Source: an uncultured Anaerolineales bacterium
GTDB lineage: Bacteria > Chloroflexota > Anaerolineae > Anaerolineales > UBA4823
Direction of reading: 5' to 3'
Length of the DNA stretch: 64,000 nt
Assembly (NCBI GenBank): GCA_937928795.1
Contig: CALFWB010000056.1
Location: forward strand, 1,364-65,363
Part shown: in pieces, positions 17,379 through 27,237 of the stretch
How the letters are laid out: every line of letters starts with the position of its first letter
Numbering within the stretch: the first letter of the stretch is position 1
Notes under the pieces: generated by a model
What the model was told of the DNA's origin: nothing
What the model saw: only the letters and a program-made list of their open reading frames with translations
Database searches by the model: none
Made by a program: the position numbers and the translations under genes

Positions 17379-17732
17379 ATGTCGGATAAAATTGACACCC
17401 AAATCAGTCATGCAGGAAACGCCCTGCCGGTCACTCTGGGGCGGGTGGAACCAGCCCAAGCAGCGCAGGTTGCTGCAGTTTGGGTCGAGAAGGTGGAACG
17501 CTCCGGCACCCCCCAGAATGAACAAGGCTCGAAAGATGCGGCTGGGATCAAGATCAATGGCAAAGGGACACGCCCCTTAGGGGACGTGACTCTCCGATTT
17601 GAAATCGATAGCCAAACGCATGACGTGACGATCCTCATTCTGGATAAATCCTCTCGGCAGGTGGTGCGCACGATTCCGCCGGAAGAAATGGCTCGCATGG
17701 ACCCTGGCGAACTCTTGCAATTGTTTGCCTAA
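17379..17732 (+). CDS. flaG: flagellar protein FlaG
   Basis: C-terminal FlaG pattern LRFEIDSQTHDVTILILDKSSRQVVRTIPPEE. Lies between fliD and fliS. Confidence 0.8.
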   Translation: MSDKIDTQISHAGNALPVTLGRVEPAQAAQVAAVWVEKVERSGTPQNEQGSKDAAGIKINGKGTRPLGDVTLRFEIDSQTHDVTILILDKSSRQVVRTIPPEEMARMDPGELLQLFA

Positions 17733-17826
17733 AAAGTTTTATCCTTTTTTTACGGGAGAAACCTTCAGTTTTTCCAAGAACTACCGAAAAAGGAAGTGTA
17801 AACGGTAAACCGATTGCAGAGAAAGG

Positions 17827-18204
17827 ATGGCAAAAGTGGTACAAAACGGTTACGGAACACAACAATATCGGCAACAAGATGTTATGGGAGCAAGCCCCAT
17901 TCATTTGGTCGTCATGGCATATGATGTGGCAATCGCCGCTTGCGAAAAACAGGATTTTTCCCGCGCAACCAAGGCGATCACCATTTTGCGCGATGCCTTG
18001 AACTTCGATTATGCAGAGGTTGCTGTTGGTCTGTTCCGTTTATACCAGTGGTGCTTAGATTGCATTCGCCAAGGGGACTACGGCGCTGCCTTGCAGACCC
18101 TGCGCGAACTTCGTGAAGCATGGGCGACCGTTGAGAAACGCTATATGCCCCTTACCCCTCCACCAGCTTACGCTCCAGCGACAGTCGCCGGTCAGTCGGC
18201 ATGA
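17827..18204 (+). CDS. fliS: flagellar export chaperone FliS
   Basis: YRQQDVMGASPIHLVVMAYD...LRDALNFD...LYQWC is the typical FliS four-helix signature. Confidence 0.9.
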   Translation: MAKVVQNGYGTQQYRQQDVMGASPIHLVVMAYDVAIAACEKQDFSRATKAITILRDALNFDYAEVAVGLFRLYQWCLDCIRQGDYGAALQTLRELREAWATVEKRYMPLTPPPAYAPATVAGQSA

Positions 18205-18224
18205 ACCTAAAATGACTTTTCCAA

Positions 18225-18258
18225 GCGTCCTCACGGCTCATTGACGCCGCGAGGACGC
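18225..18258 (+). terminator. hairpin after fliS (candidate terminator of the fliC-fliS unit)
   Basis: GCGTCCTCACGG-ctcattgacg-CCGCGAGGACGC, 12 bp with one mismatch. The T tract is weak. Confidence 0.4.
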
Positions 18259-18375
18259 CTTTCCCAAAGATTCACGCGTTTTTTATTTCCCCTTCATAAA
18301 CCTTTTACTGCGCATTTCCCCTGCCTATGCTAGGATGTAGGCAGTCAATGATTCAGGGAAAGAAAGGTTACCGCG

Positions 18376-18843
18376 ATGAGTTTTTGGGATAGTTTGCGCA
18401 TAGCTTCCTCGGCGTTGAGCGCACAGCGCTTGCGCTTGGATATTATCTCAAACAACATTGCCAATGCCGAAACCACGCGTACCGAAGAGGGTACACCTTA
18501 TCAGCGGAAAGACGTGGTTTTTTCACCGCAGGGCACTTCCCCCTTTGTGCCGCGCTTTTTGAATGTCTTGCGCAGTTTTCGCGGCGGATCAACGGCTTTG
18601 CCGGCTACGGACGTCGCTGGTGTGCGCGTGAATTCGATCATCACCGATAACAGCCCCGGACCGCGCATTTATGATCCGACGCACCCCGATGCAGATGAAG
18701 AAGGCTATGTCACTTACCCCAACGTGAATTTAGTCGTCGAGATGACCAACATGCTTTCCGCTACCCGTTCCTATGAAGCCGGCTTAACAATCGTCGAAGC
18801 AGCCAAGCGGATGGCCCAAAAGGCATTGGAGATCGGACGGTAA
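18376..18843 (+). CDS. flgC: flagellar basal-body rod protein FlgC
   Basis: N-terminus SALSAQRLRLDIISNNIANAETTRT and C-terminus MTNMLSATRSYEA. Confidence 0.9.
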   Translation: MSFWDSLRIASSALSAQRLRLDIISNNIANAETTRTEEGTPYQRKDVVFSPQGTSPFVPRFLNVLRSFRGGSTALPATDVAGVRVNSIITDNSPGPRIYDPTHPDADEEGYVTYPNVNLVVEMTNMLSATRSYEAGLTIVEAAKRMAQKALEIGR

Positions 18844-18880
18844 AAGAAAGTAGCCAGTTATCGTTAGAGGAGTCACGCAG

Positions 18881-19180
18881 ATGGAATTGAACCCGATTCA
18901 AAACACCCCCATTCAAGGGCTTCAAACGACCCGCCCAACTGCAAAACCCCAACATGCTCTGGAACAGGTTAGTCAAACCTTCCAAGAAGCTTTGGACGCC
19001 CTCAGCCAAAGCCAACACAACAGCGATGAATTGATGCAGAAATTGGTAATCGGTGAAGATGTGGAGCTGCATCAGGTGATGATTGCAGCAGAACAAACCG
19101 ATGTCAACTTCCGCGTTGCGGTGGCGATCCGCGATAAATTGGTAGAAGCTTATCGTGAGATTATGCGCATGGCGGTATAG
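18881..19180 (+). CDS. fliE: flagellar hook-basal body complex protein FliE
   Basis: 99 aa. C-terminal LHQVMIAAEQTDVNFRVAVAIRDKLVEAYREIMRM. Confidence 0.9.
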   Translation: MELNPIQNTPIQGLQTTRPTAKPQHALEQVSQTFQEALDALSQSQHNSDELMQKLVIGEDVELHQVMIAAEQTDVNFRVAVAIRDKLVEAYREIMRMAV

Positions 19181-19212
19181 CCGTCACTTGAATTCCCTCA
19201 GAGAGATAACCG

Positions 19213-20910
19213 ATGTTTTCTCAACTCATAGGACAATTCAATCGTTTTTGGAGCCAGCAAACGGGAACGCAACGGCTGGTTTTCATCGTCATTATCGCCT
19301 TAGGTCTGGTTCTAATGTCTTTATTCTTTGCGTGGGCTGCAACACCGACCTACGAGGTTGCTTTTAGCGGCCTGACCGAAGAAGACGCCGGCCAAATCGT
19401 TGAGCAGTTAAGTGCCAATAATATCCCCTACAAATTACGCGGCGTTGGGACAATTTTGGTTCCATCCAATCAGGTTTACGAAGTGCGCTTAATGATGGCT
19501 CGCCAAGGATTGCCCCGCAGTGGTAGCGTGGGGTTTGAAATTTTCTCCGGCAACACCCTAGGAATGACAGAATTCTCGCAACGGGTCAATTATCAGCAGG
19601 CAATCGAAGGGGAATTGGAACGCACGATTGGTAGCCTAAATGCTGTCCAAGCCGTGCGGGTTCACATTGTTATCCCAGAGAAGACCCTGCTTTCCAGCGA
19701 GCAAAAGCCGGCCACTGCTTCGGTTACGATCATGGAAAAGCCGGGCATGAGCTTGGATGCCGCCCAAGTGCGGGCGATCACCCATCTGGTAGCCAGCAGC
19801 GTTGAGGGCTTGCGTCCGGAGAATGTTGTGGTGGTCGATGTGCATGGCAACATGTTGGCTTCTGGCGAGGGATCGGAAGGATCGTTGACAGCTCAAACTG
19901 ACACCCGCCGAGCTGCTGAGTTGGCAGCCTCCTCTCAGCTTGAACGCAAAGTGCAAGGTATTCTCGATAAGGCGCTTGGACCCAACAAATCGGTTGTGCA
20001 AGCTAGCGTACTGTTAGACTGGACGCAACGAGAAACGACCCGCCAAACTTTCGACCCAACCCAAAGTGTTGTGCGCAGCGAACAGAACATCCAAGAGGTT
20101 TATACGACCACCAATGGCTCGATCGAAGGGGTGCCGGGCGCAACCACGAATCTCCCCCCAGGTGGTGAAGCCTCTCTAAGCGGTGGGGGCGGAGTTGCCT
20201 ATAACCGCACCGAGTCGGTGATTAATTATGAAATCACCCAAGTCCAGACGCATGAGATCGAGGTTCCGGGTGAGATTCAGCGCATCTCACTCTCGGTCTT
20301 GGTTGATGGGATCACCGACACGCAAAAGTTAGAAGCCTTACAATCGGTCATCGCTGCTGCAGCCGGAATCGATGAACAGCGCGGCGATTTGATCGCGGTC
20401 GAAGCTCTGGCTTTCGATCGTTCTTATGTTGAGACTCAAATGGCGGAGATGCAGGCTGCCGAAAGGCAAAATCTCTATTTTCGAATCGCTGAGATCGCTG
20501 CCGCCGTCATCCTTTTAGCTCTCATTCTTTGGTATGTCATGCGCGTCTTGAAGAATCTTAAGTTGGCTTCTGCTGAAGCATGGGTACCGATCATGAAACC
20601 GGTTTCTGAAATGGCATTAACCGCTGGAGTTGGGCAGTATCCTACCTATTCCATTGGACTGGACCAATTGGGTGCAGGCGCAGAAGGTGCCGCTCAAGGT
20701 ATCCCCGCAGCAGGATTTACACCGCAAGGCTTACCCGTTGAAGCCCCACCGCCACCAGAAAGAAAAATGCCTAAAATTGAACTGCCAACCCTCTCTCCTG
20801 AATATGAGCAGTTGCAGAAGACCTTAGACGAGGTTGCCGAGGGCGATCCGGCCAGCATTGCCGAGGCTATCCAACTTTGGTTAGCGGAGGATGAACGCAG
20901 AAATGGCTGA
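19213..20910 (+). CDS. fliF: flagellar M-ring protein FliF
   Basis: 565 aa with N- and C-terminal TM helices flanking a YscJ/FliF periplasmic domain (NNIPYKL...VPSNQVYEVRLMMARQGLP). Confidence 0.95.
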   Translation: MFSQLIGQFNRFWSQQTGTQRLVFIVIIALGLVLMSLFFAWAATPTYEVAFSGLTEEDAGQIVEQLSANNIPYKLRGVGTILVPSNQVYEVRLMMARQGLPRSGSVGFEIFSGNTLGMTEFSQRVNYQQAIEGELERTIGSLNAVQAVRVHIVIPEKTLLSSEQKPATASVTIMEKPGMSLDAAQVRAITHLVASSVEGLRPENVVVVDVHGNMLASGEGSEGSLTAQTDTRRAAELAASSQLERKVQGILDKALGPNKSVVQASVLLDWTQRETTRQTFDPTQSVVRSEQNIQEVYTTTNGSIEGVPGATTNLPPGGEASLSGGGGVAYNRTESVINYEITQVQTHEIEVPGEIQRISLSVLVDGITDTQKLEALQSVIAAAAGIDEQRGDLIAVEALAFDRSYVETQMAEMQAAERQNLYFRIAEIAAAVILLALILWYVMRVLKNLKLASAEAWVPIMKPVSEMALTAGVGQYPTYSIGLDQLGAGAEGAAQGIPAAGFTPQGLPVEAPPPPERKMPKIELPTLSPEYEQLQKTLDEVAEGDPASIAEAIQLWLAEDERRNG

Positions 20911-21919
20911 GTTAAGTGAGTCTTCGGGTTTGTATAAGGCGGCTGTGTTGTTACTCTGTCTTGGAGTAGAGCGCTCCTCGAAGATTCTGCAATATCTCGG
21001 TGAAAGTGAACTCGAACGGGTCTTGATGGCGGTCAGCGAAATTGGCACGGTTTCTCAGGAGACGCGAGCAGAGATTATGCAAGAAGCGCTAGCGCTCTCG
21101 ATGGCGAGCGCCAACTTGATGATGGGCGGCGTGGAATATTCCCGCCAACTTCTAGCCCGCGCCGTGGGACCACGCCGTGGCGCCGAGATCCTAGAACGCA
21201 TCTCCGCCAGTCAACAGCTCTCTTCATTTGAAATCTTACGCAGCGCCGATCCCGCTCAGGTGGCAAACTTGCTTGCCGAAGAACACCCTCAAACCATTGC
21301 GCTGGTCTTGTCTTATCTGGAAGCGAAGTTAGCCGCCGATATTATGACCCATCTGCCCCCGGATTTACAGGTTGAAGTTACCCTGCGCTTGGCAAAAATG
21401 GATCGCGTTTCTCCGAATGTTGTGGATGTCATCGAACGCGGCTTGAAACATAAACTGAGCGGCGTGATCAGCGTGGCCGGTTTCCGCGAAACGGGCGGTG
21501 TTTCGTTCTTGGTAAAAATGTTGAATAACGTTGATCGAGGGGTTCAGAAGACAATTTTCGAAGCATTGGAACCGGTTAGCCCCTCCTTGGTAGAAGAAAT
21601 CCGCGCCAATATGTTCACCTTCGATGATTTGGTCAAGCTGGATGACAAGAGCATCCAACGCGTTTTGCGAGATGTCAACAAACAGGATTTGGCGCTGGCG
21701 CTCAAAGGGGCACCCGAAAAAGTGCGCGAATTGATCTATCGCAACCTTTCTGAACGGGCAAGAGAGACATTGCAAGAGGAAGTGGAATTGCTGGGTCCGC
21801 AGTTGGCAAAGAACGTCTATGCAGCTCAAAGACGCATTGTGGAAGTCGTCCGCTCGCTGGAAGAGGCCGAAGAAATTGTGATTGGTGGTGCAGGAGCAGA
21901 ATATGCCATCATCGTCTGA
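20903..21919 (+). CDS. fliG: flagellar motor switch protein FliG
   Basis: FliG N-terminal, middle and C-terminal domains (AAVLLLCLG, EHPQTIALVLSYL, MFTFDDLVKLDDKSIQRVLRDV). Start chosen at the ATG that has GGAGGA 11 nt upstream and overlaps the fliF stop. Confidence 0.95.
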   Translation: MAELSESSGLYKAAVLLLCLGVERSSKILQYLGESELERVLMAVSEIGTVSQETRAEIMQEALALSMASANLMMGGVEYSRQLLARAVGPRRGAEILERISASQQLSSFEILRSADPAQVANLLAEEHPQTIALVLSYLEAKLAADIMTHLPPDLQVEVTLRLAKMDRVSPNVVDVIERGLKHKLSGVISVAGFRETGGVSFLVKMLNNVDRGVQKTIFEALEPVSPSLVEEIRANMFTFDDLVKLDDKSIQRVLRDVNKQDLALALKGAPEKVRELIYRNLSERARETLQEEVELLGPQLAKNVYAAQRRIVEVVRSLEEAEEIVIGGAGAEYAIIV

Positions 21920-22805
21920 ACGGGGCAAACCTTCCAAAGTTCAAGAGTGGCAACCTTTTGATTTCCAAGCGGAGGGTTCGCAGAGCCACTCCTCCTCCGA
22001 GTCTTCTCACACGATCGGTCATGGAAGTGGCTTTGTTGAACTGGTGGAAATTGTCAGGGAGAAAATTGCCACCCCGCCGAACCCCACAACTGTCACCTCT
22101 GACTCGGTGACAAGAGATGTGCAGCTTTGGCAACCGCAAACGCTGACGGCAATCGCAGGGGTGAAAGGAAACACCCATGATCATCTGCGTAGCCGTGAGC
22201 TTGTGCAAAAGGCGGAAGCTAGGTTGCACCAGGCGAAAGTGGAAGCAGAGCAAATCATCCTCCAAGCGCGAGCTGAGGCGCAAAAGATATTGGAAGAAGC
22301 TCAAGATCAAGCCGCGCTAATCCACCGTCAGGCTTATGCGGATGGTCAGGCAGCGGCGAATGCCGAGGCACAAGGGATGTTGAAGACGGCGCGGGCGATT
22401 GTAGATGAAGTTCAAAAGTGGAAAGAAGAGCTCTTTGAAGGGGGCGAAATGATGATGTTGCGTTTGGTCATCGAAATCGCCCAAACCATTTTCGGCGATG
22501 GCTTACCGCTCGATCCCGACACGCTGGGGCAAGCGTTTACCCGTGCTCTGAGTCAGGCAAAATCGTTGGGTGACCTGCGCATTTACTTGCATCCTGAGGA
22601 TGCAGCCGTTTTGAGCGCCCATTGGGACAAGCTTCAAGGGGCAACGGCTGGGCAAAAAGTGGAACTCATCCCTTCGGAGCTTATCAAACGGGGTGGTTGT
22701 TATATCGAAGGACAATATGGGACGGTGGATGCGCGCGTGGAAACCCAATTTCAACTGGCTACGGATGCCTTATTAACCGCTTTGGAAACGAATCGATCCG
22801 GGTAA
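21903..22805 (+). CDS. fliH: flagellar assembly protein FliH
   Basis: Central coiled coil ([20 protein letters not shown]) and a C-terminal FliH/YscL-like domain. Lies between fliG and fliI. Confidence 0.75.
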   Translation: MPSSSERGKPSKVQEWQPFDFQAEGSQSHSSSESSHTIGHGSGFVELVEIVREKIATPPNPTTVTSDSVTRDVQLWQPQTLTAIAGVKGNTHDHLRSRELVQKAEARLHQAKVEAEQIILQARAEAQKILEEAQDQAALIHRQAYADGQAAANAEAQGMLKTARAIVDEVQKWKEELFEGGEMMMLRLVIEIAQTIFGDGLPLDPDTLGQAFTRALSQAKSLGDLRIYLHPEDAAVLSAHWDKLQGATAGQKVELIPSELIKRGGCYIEGQYGTVDARVETQFQLATDALLTALETNRSG

Positions 22806-22809
22806 GAAG

Positions 22810-24147
22810 ATGAGTGAACTTCACGCCCTGCCCGATCTAACCCGCTACCACTCGGTTCTCAACCGCCTGAATACCATCCGGCTTTCAGGGCGGGTGGTTC
22901 AAGTGGTGGGTTTGACAATTGAAGCAAGCGGCTTGGATTGTCAAATCGGGGAGGTGTGTGAAATTCGTTCCAACTCAAGTCAGAAATTGATCGCCGAAGT
23001 GGTTGGATTTCGCGAACAACGTATCCTCCTGATGCCGCTAGGAGAGATGCAGGGGATTCAACCCGGTAGCCCTGTTTTTCCGCTCGGCAGTTCTTTTCAA
23101 GCTCCGGTTGGAAAATCGCTCTTGGGTCGGGTGTTGGATGGGTTAGGCAAGCCCATTGATGGCTTAGGAGAACTGACCGATTTTGAAATGGTGCCGACCT
23201 ATCGCCCAGCCCCTCATCCGCTTACCAGACGTTCCATCACGCAACCATTGGTAACCGGCGTTCGCGCGATTGATGGGTTACTCACCTGCGGTAAAGGGCA
23301 GAGAATCGGTATCTTCTCCGGGAGCGGGGTTGGGAAAAGCACGTTGTTGGGCAGCATTGCCCGCAGTTCACGCTCGGATGTCAGCGTAGTGGCACTGGTA
23401 GGCGAGCGCGGCCGTGAGGTGCAGGAATTTATCGAAAGAGACTTGGGTTGGGAGGGTCTGCAACGCTCGGTGGTGGTGGTCTCGACCTCTGATCAACCGG
23501 CCCTGATCCGTTTGAAAGCAGCCTGGGTTGCCACTTCCATCGCCGAATATTTCCGCGATTGTGGCTTAGATGTCACGCTCCTGATGGACTCGGTTACCCG
23601 TTTTGCGATGGCACAACGCGAAGTCGGCCTTGCCATTGGTGAACCGCCGGCAAGTAAGGGCTACACCCCTTCTGTCTTTGCCCTTTTGCCCAAATTACTT
23701 GAACGGGCAGGCACCAATGAGCATGGTTCAATCACCGGTTTTTATACTGTTTTGGTAGAAGGGGATGATTTCAATGAGCCGATCTGCGATGCGGCTCGAT
23801 CGATTCTCGATGGACACATTGTCCTCAGCCGTGATCTGGCTGCTCGCAACCACTACCCGGCCATCGATATCTTGAACAGCGTGAGCCGCGTGATGCCGAG
23901 CGTGACCCAACCAGAGCATCGTGCTTATGCACATCAGCTTCGGAAATTGCTGGCTTCTTACGAGAAAGCGCGCGATTTGATCAATATCGGCGCCTATGTC
24001 GATGGATCAGACCCTGATATCGATGCGGCTATCCGTGCCTTACCGGCTATTTTGGATTTGCTCCAGCAACCGCCGCATCAGTTCTCCCCCTTAGAGGAAA
24101 CACTGTCACGGATGGAACAGGTTTACTTAGGAGGCTCTAACTCATGA
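22810..24147 (+). CDS. fliI: flagellum-specific ATPase FliI
   Basis: Walker A GSGVGKST, Walker B LLMDSVTR, and an F1/T3SS ATPase fold. Confidence 0.95.
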   Translation: MSELHALPDLTRYHSVLNRLNTIRLSGRVVQVVGLTIEASGLDCQIGEVCEIRSNSSQKLIAEVVGFREQRILLMPLGEMQGIQPGSPVFPLGSSFQAPVGKSLLGRVLDGLGKPIDGLGELTDFEMVPTYRPAPHPLTRRSITQPLVTGVRAIDGLLTCGKGQRIGIFSGSGVGKSTLLGSIARSSRSDVSVVALVGERGREVQEFIERDLGWEGLQRSVVVVSTSDQPALIRLKAAWVATSIAEYFRDCGLDVTLLMDSVTRFAMAQREVGLAIGEPPASKGYTPSVFALLPKLLERAGTNEHGSITGFYTVLVEGDDFNEPICDAARSILDGHIVLSRDLAARNHYPAIDILNSVSRVMPSVTQPEHRAYAHQLRKLLASYEKARDLINIGAYVDGSDPDIDAAIRALPAILDLLQQPPHQFSPLEETLSRMEQVYLGGSNS

Positions 24148-24596
24148 CACCCAAATTCTCCCTGCAGCCAGTTTTAGATTATCGGGAAACGCGGATAGAA
24201 ATCCTTGAAATTGAGTTGGGGCGCTTGCTTCAATCCCAACAGCATGGCAAGACCTTTCTTGAAGCCCTGCAGAGCAGCCGCAATCGGCTCTTGGAAGAGA
24301 TGGGGAAGCAGCAAGTTGGGGATGTGGATTTGTTTATGCTTTCGCGTTTGCGTTCCAATCTGCAGACGGTCAATCAACGCATCGCCGAGCAAGAGGCGCG
24401 TTTGGCAGACTTGGCTAAACAGATTGCCGAAAAACAAGCGGAAATTGTCGTTGCCAAGCAAGATGCTGAAGCTTTGAATAAGCTAAAGCAACATGAAATT
24501 GAACGTTATCGAAAAGAAGAAGCCCGGCGCGAAAATCGATTGCAAGATGACATTTATATTGCCCGTGCTTTCCGCCGGTCGAATGGAGCAGCATAA
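24144..24596 (+). CDS. fliJ: flagellar export protein FliJ
   Basis: 150-aa coiled-coil protein with ATGA overlap to fliI. N-terminus LQPVLDYRE is typical of FliJ. Confidence 0.75.
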   Translation: MTPKFSLQPVLDYRETRIEILEIELGRLLQSQQHGKTFLEALQSSRNRLLEEMGKQQVGDVDLFMLSRLRSNLQTVNQRIAEQEARLADLAKQIAEKQAEIVVAKQDAEALNKLKQHEIERYRKEEARRENRLQDDIYIARAFRRSNGAA

Positions 24597-25144
24597 TGGA
24601 TGGATCATTTTTTGACGCTCAGTATCAGATGATTCTTTACAATTTGGTCTTTCGCCTGTTGAACCGGCACTTGGATGGCGATGACACGGTCGTTACGCTT
24701 CCGCCAGCGGTGAGCCGCAAGGACCAAACCTCAGGGGAAGCAAATCTTCAAGGCAAATTTGCTGCGCTCATACAACAAGCAGCCCAGAAATACAACGTTG
24801 ATCCACGCTTGATTCAAGCCGTGATTCGCGCCGAGTCCAACTTTAACCCCAAAGCCACCTCTTCGGCTGGCGCCATGGGGCTAATGCAACTGATGCCTGC
24901 CACGGCTGCTAGTCTGGGTGTCAGCGACCCTTATGATCCGAAAGAAAATATCTTCGGAGGGACGAAATTTCTATCTCGTCTCCTGCAGAAATATAAACAC
25001 GACCTGAGCTTAGCTTTGGCAGCTTATAATGCCGGGCCGGGGGCTGTGGATCGGTATGGTGGAATCCCGCCTTATGCACAGACTCGCGTTTACGTGCAGA
25101 AAGTTTTGCAATATTACCAGTCTGCCCAAGAATGGAGTGCCTGA
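24596..25144 (+). CDS. lytic transglycosylase (SLT domain) embedded in the flagellar operon
   Basis: SLT catalytic motif IRAESNFNPKATSSAGAMGLMQLMP and AYNAGPGAV. Its start overlaps the fliJ stop (TAATG). No obvious Sec signal peptide. Confidence 0.85.
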   Translation: MDGSFFDAQYQMILYNLVFRLLNRHLDGDDTVVTLPPAVSRKDQTSGEANLQGKFAALIQQAAQKYNVDPRLIQAVIRAESNFNPKATSSAGAMGLMQLMPATAASLGVSDPYDPKENIFGGTKFLSRLLQKYKHDLSLALAAYNAGPGAVDRYGGIPPYAQTRVYVQKVLQYYQSAQEWSA

Positions 25145-25145
25145 G

Positions 25146-25547
25146 ATGAGCGACCCAATTCTGTTTGGCTCTACCGTTCAAGCGATTAAATCGGCCTTAG
25201 ATGGTTTATCTGCTCAACAAGAAGTCATCGGACAAAATATTTCCAACGTTGATACGCCGGGTTATCGCGCCCAAAAAGTCGATTTTAAGGCGGCTTTGCG
25301 GCGGGCGTTAAATCAAGAAGGAAAGGTGGTGATGCAAACAACCCATAAAGCCCATTTGAGTTCTACCCGTCCTGTTGACCATTTTCAAATATCACTTCGA
25401 GAAGGAGGTGCCTTGCGAGCCGATGGGAATAATGTCGATATCGATGTTGAATTGACTCAGATGACGGAAACCGTCATCCAATATCAAGCGCTTGCTCAAA
25501 TGATCGGCAAGAAATTTGCTGGGATTAAGCAGATTATCGGGAGGTAA
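25146..25547 (+). CDS. flgB: flagellar basal-body rod protein FlgB
   Basis: Internal Met start, 1 nt after the SLT stop. QEVIGQNISNVDTPGYRAQKVDF and the C-terminal VELTQMTETVIQYQA. Confidence 0.85.
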   Translation: MSDPILFGSTVQAIKSALDGLSAQQEVIGQNISNVDTPGYRAQKVDFKAALRRALNQEGKVVMQTTHKAHLSSTRPVDHFQISLREGGALRADGNNVDIDVELTQMTETVIQYQALAQMIGKKFAGIKQIIGR

Positions 25548-25550
25548 AAT

Positions 25551-26948
25551 GTGAAAGAAGTCTTTCTACTATTACCAATGAAGAGCGAAGCGCTTTTTAA
25601 GCCTGCACCTAAACAAACTGAGAAGCGAGTGTCTCCCTTTGAGGATGAGAAACCTTTTCGAGATTATTTAGAACAGGCAAAAAGCGCGCCAAGAAAGTCC
25701 CTCGTAAAACACGAGAACATTCGTTCCGCTAAATTTCAAAGGGAAGAGATCGCGCCTCTCCCCGGACGCGAGGAATTTGAGTCAAAGGCTCAGGTCGAAG
25801 ATTCCTCCACTCTACCTGAAACAACCGACGTGAGTCAAACAGCCGCCGCGCAGCCCATGCTTCCAGACCCTGTCTCTCTCACGGGGCTACCCAGTCAACG
25901 GTTTTCAACCCTTGATAGGAGCAGTACGGATGCAGAAAAACTGTTCGGCGAACAGGTTGCCGTTAGCCTTGAAGGAGCAGCGAATTCAGCACTTCTGTCC
26001 TCGAGCGGTTTGCCTTTTACAGCTTCCCTAACCCCTGACGTGAAAAACGCGCAGGCGGGTCAGGACGGGGCAGTTGAGAAAGCTTTGCCCCAAGTGCTTC
26101 AAGTTGCGGATGAGCCTGCGCCGCCATTGCCAGCGGTTGAAGGGGAAGAGCGGACCACTTTGCAGCTCAGCGTGAGCGTTAAGGAGACAATCATGGATGA
26201 GCTGGGTGGAGATGACCTTCATCTTTCCAACAGGGGTTCAAAGGAGATGGGTAAGGCGACAGGCGGACAAACACCTGAATCTGCGGGTGAGAAGAGCTCT
26301 GGCGTCTCTCCGGCAGTCGCTCAAGAGCGGTTGAGCGGCAAAGCGGTTGTAGCCGAAATTAGCCGATCGGGTGAAACGGAGGCTAGGTCATCTGTTACAA
26401 GCGAAACAAACCCTCGCCTATCCTCGGTCAAGGAAGGAGCTAAGCCGCAAGCGGTGCAAGCAAGTGGGCCACCAGTCAACACTGCGACAGCCAAACCGAT
26501 TGAGCCGGCCCGCTTGGCGGAAGCTCACCGACCCGAAATCGTCCAGCAGGTAGCGAGGGAATTAGAAGTCTTCGGGAAGTCTGGACAAACCAGTTTGCGC
26601 ATCCAGCTTTACCCCGAACAGCTTGGGCGCATCGATGTGCGCTTGATTTCTAATGCGGATGGTGTGCAAATCGTCATTCGCGCCGACAATCCTTCAACGG
26701 CATCCTTGTTAGAAAGGGACCTAAACTTTCTCCGCGAGAGTCTGGTTCAAGCTGGGGTTAATCTGAGCGGTTTGACTGTCAGTGATGGTCAAGCTCAAAC
26801 TCGCTCTGACCTGACTCAAAGTGAATTCCACTCGCCAAGGCGCAACGGAGAAAGATTGGGCGATTCTTCGGTCCAATCCAACCAAGCCGAAAGATCCGCC
26901 GAGAGGAGCTGGAGCGACTCAAGTTCCACTCTTGATTACCGAATATGA
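25551..26948 (+). CDS. fliK: flagellar hook-length control protein FliK
   Basis: Long disordered Pro/Ser/Glu-rich N-terminal part plus a C-terminal Flg_hook-type domain (LRIQLYPEQLGRIDVRLISNADGVQIVIRADNPSTASLLERDLNFLRESL). GTG start 7 nt after GGGAGG. Confidence 0.8.
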   Translation: MKEVFLLLPMKSEALFKPAPKQTEKRVSPFEDEKPFRDYLEQAKSAPRKSLVKHENIRSAKFQREEIAPLPGREEFESKAQVEDSSTLPETTDVSQTAAAQPMLPDPVSLTGLPSQRFSTLDRSSTDAEKLFGEQVAVSLEGAANSALLSSSGLPFTASLTPDVKNAQAGQDGAVEKALPQVLQVADEPAPPLPAVEGEERTTLQLSVSVKETIMDELGGDDLHLSNRGSKEMGKATGGQTPESAGEKSSGVSPAVAQERLSGKAVVAEISRSGETEARSSVTSETNPRLSSVKEGAKPQAVQASGPPVNTATAKPIEPARLAEAHRPEIVQQVARELEVFGKSGQTSLRIQLYPEQLGRIDVRLISNADGVQIVIRADNPSTASLLERDLNFLRESLVQAGVNLSGLTVSDGQAQTRSDLTQSEFHSPRRNGERLGDSSVQSNQAERSAERSWSDSSSTLDYRI

Positions 26949-26964
26949 AAGAAAGGAGTTCCCC

Positions 26965-27222
26965 ATGAATGTAGCTGCGGTGTCTTCTTCACCAACCAAC
27001 CATGCCCTATCTGCTTCACAAAGCGCGCCAGCGGCGTTAAGTGGCTTTGATGCCAATGCCTTCATGGCTATCTTGCTTGTCCAATTGCGCAATCAAAATC
27101 CGCTTGAGCCAATGGATGACAAAGATTTGATCGCTCAAATGGCGCAATTGAATTCCCTTGAAGAGTTAAAAAAGATCAGCGCCGGCATTGAGAGCCTGAT
27201 TAAACTGGCTCAAGAGGCGTGA
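26965..27222 (+). CDS. flgD: flagellar hook assembly (cap) protein FlgD, short form with the N-terminal domain only
   Basis: Start is the internal ATG preceded by AAAGGAG. FMAILLVQLRNQNPLEPMDDKDLIAQMAQLNSLE is the FlgD N-terminal signature. Only 85 aa. Confidence 0.75.
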   Translation: MNVAAVSSSPTNHALSASQSAPAALSGFDANAFMAILLVQLRNQNPLEPMDDKDLIAQMAQLNSLEELKKISAGIESLIKLAQEA

Positions 27223-27237
27223 CTTTAACATAGGAGA

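Noticed and set aside
18321-18344. Hairpin CTGCCTA-tgctaGGAtg-TAGGCAG upstream of flgC as another CsrA site, or as part of the operon promoter
   Set aside because: The loop is long (10 nt) and lacks the A-N-GGA context seen at fliC and flaG. The nearby -35/-10 candidates (TTACTG-15-TATGCT) have poor spacing. The evidence is too weak to report as a feature.
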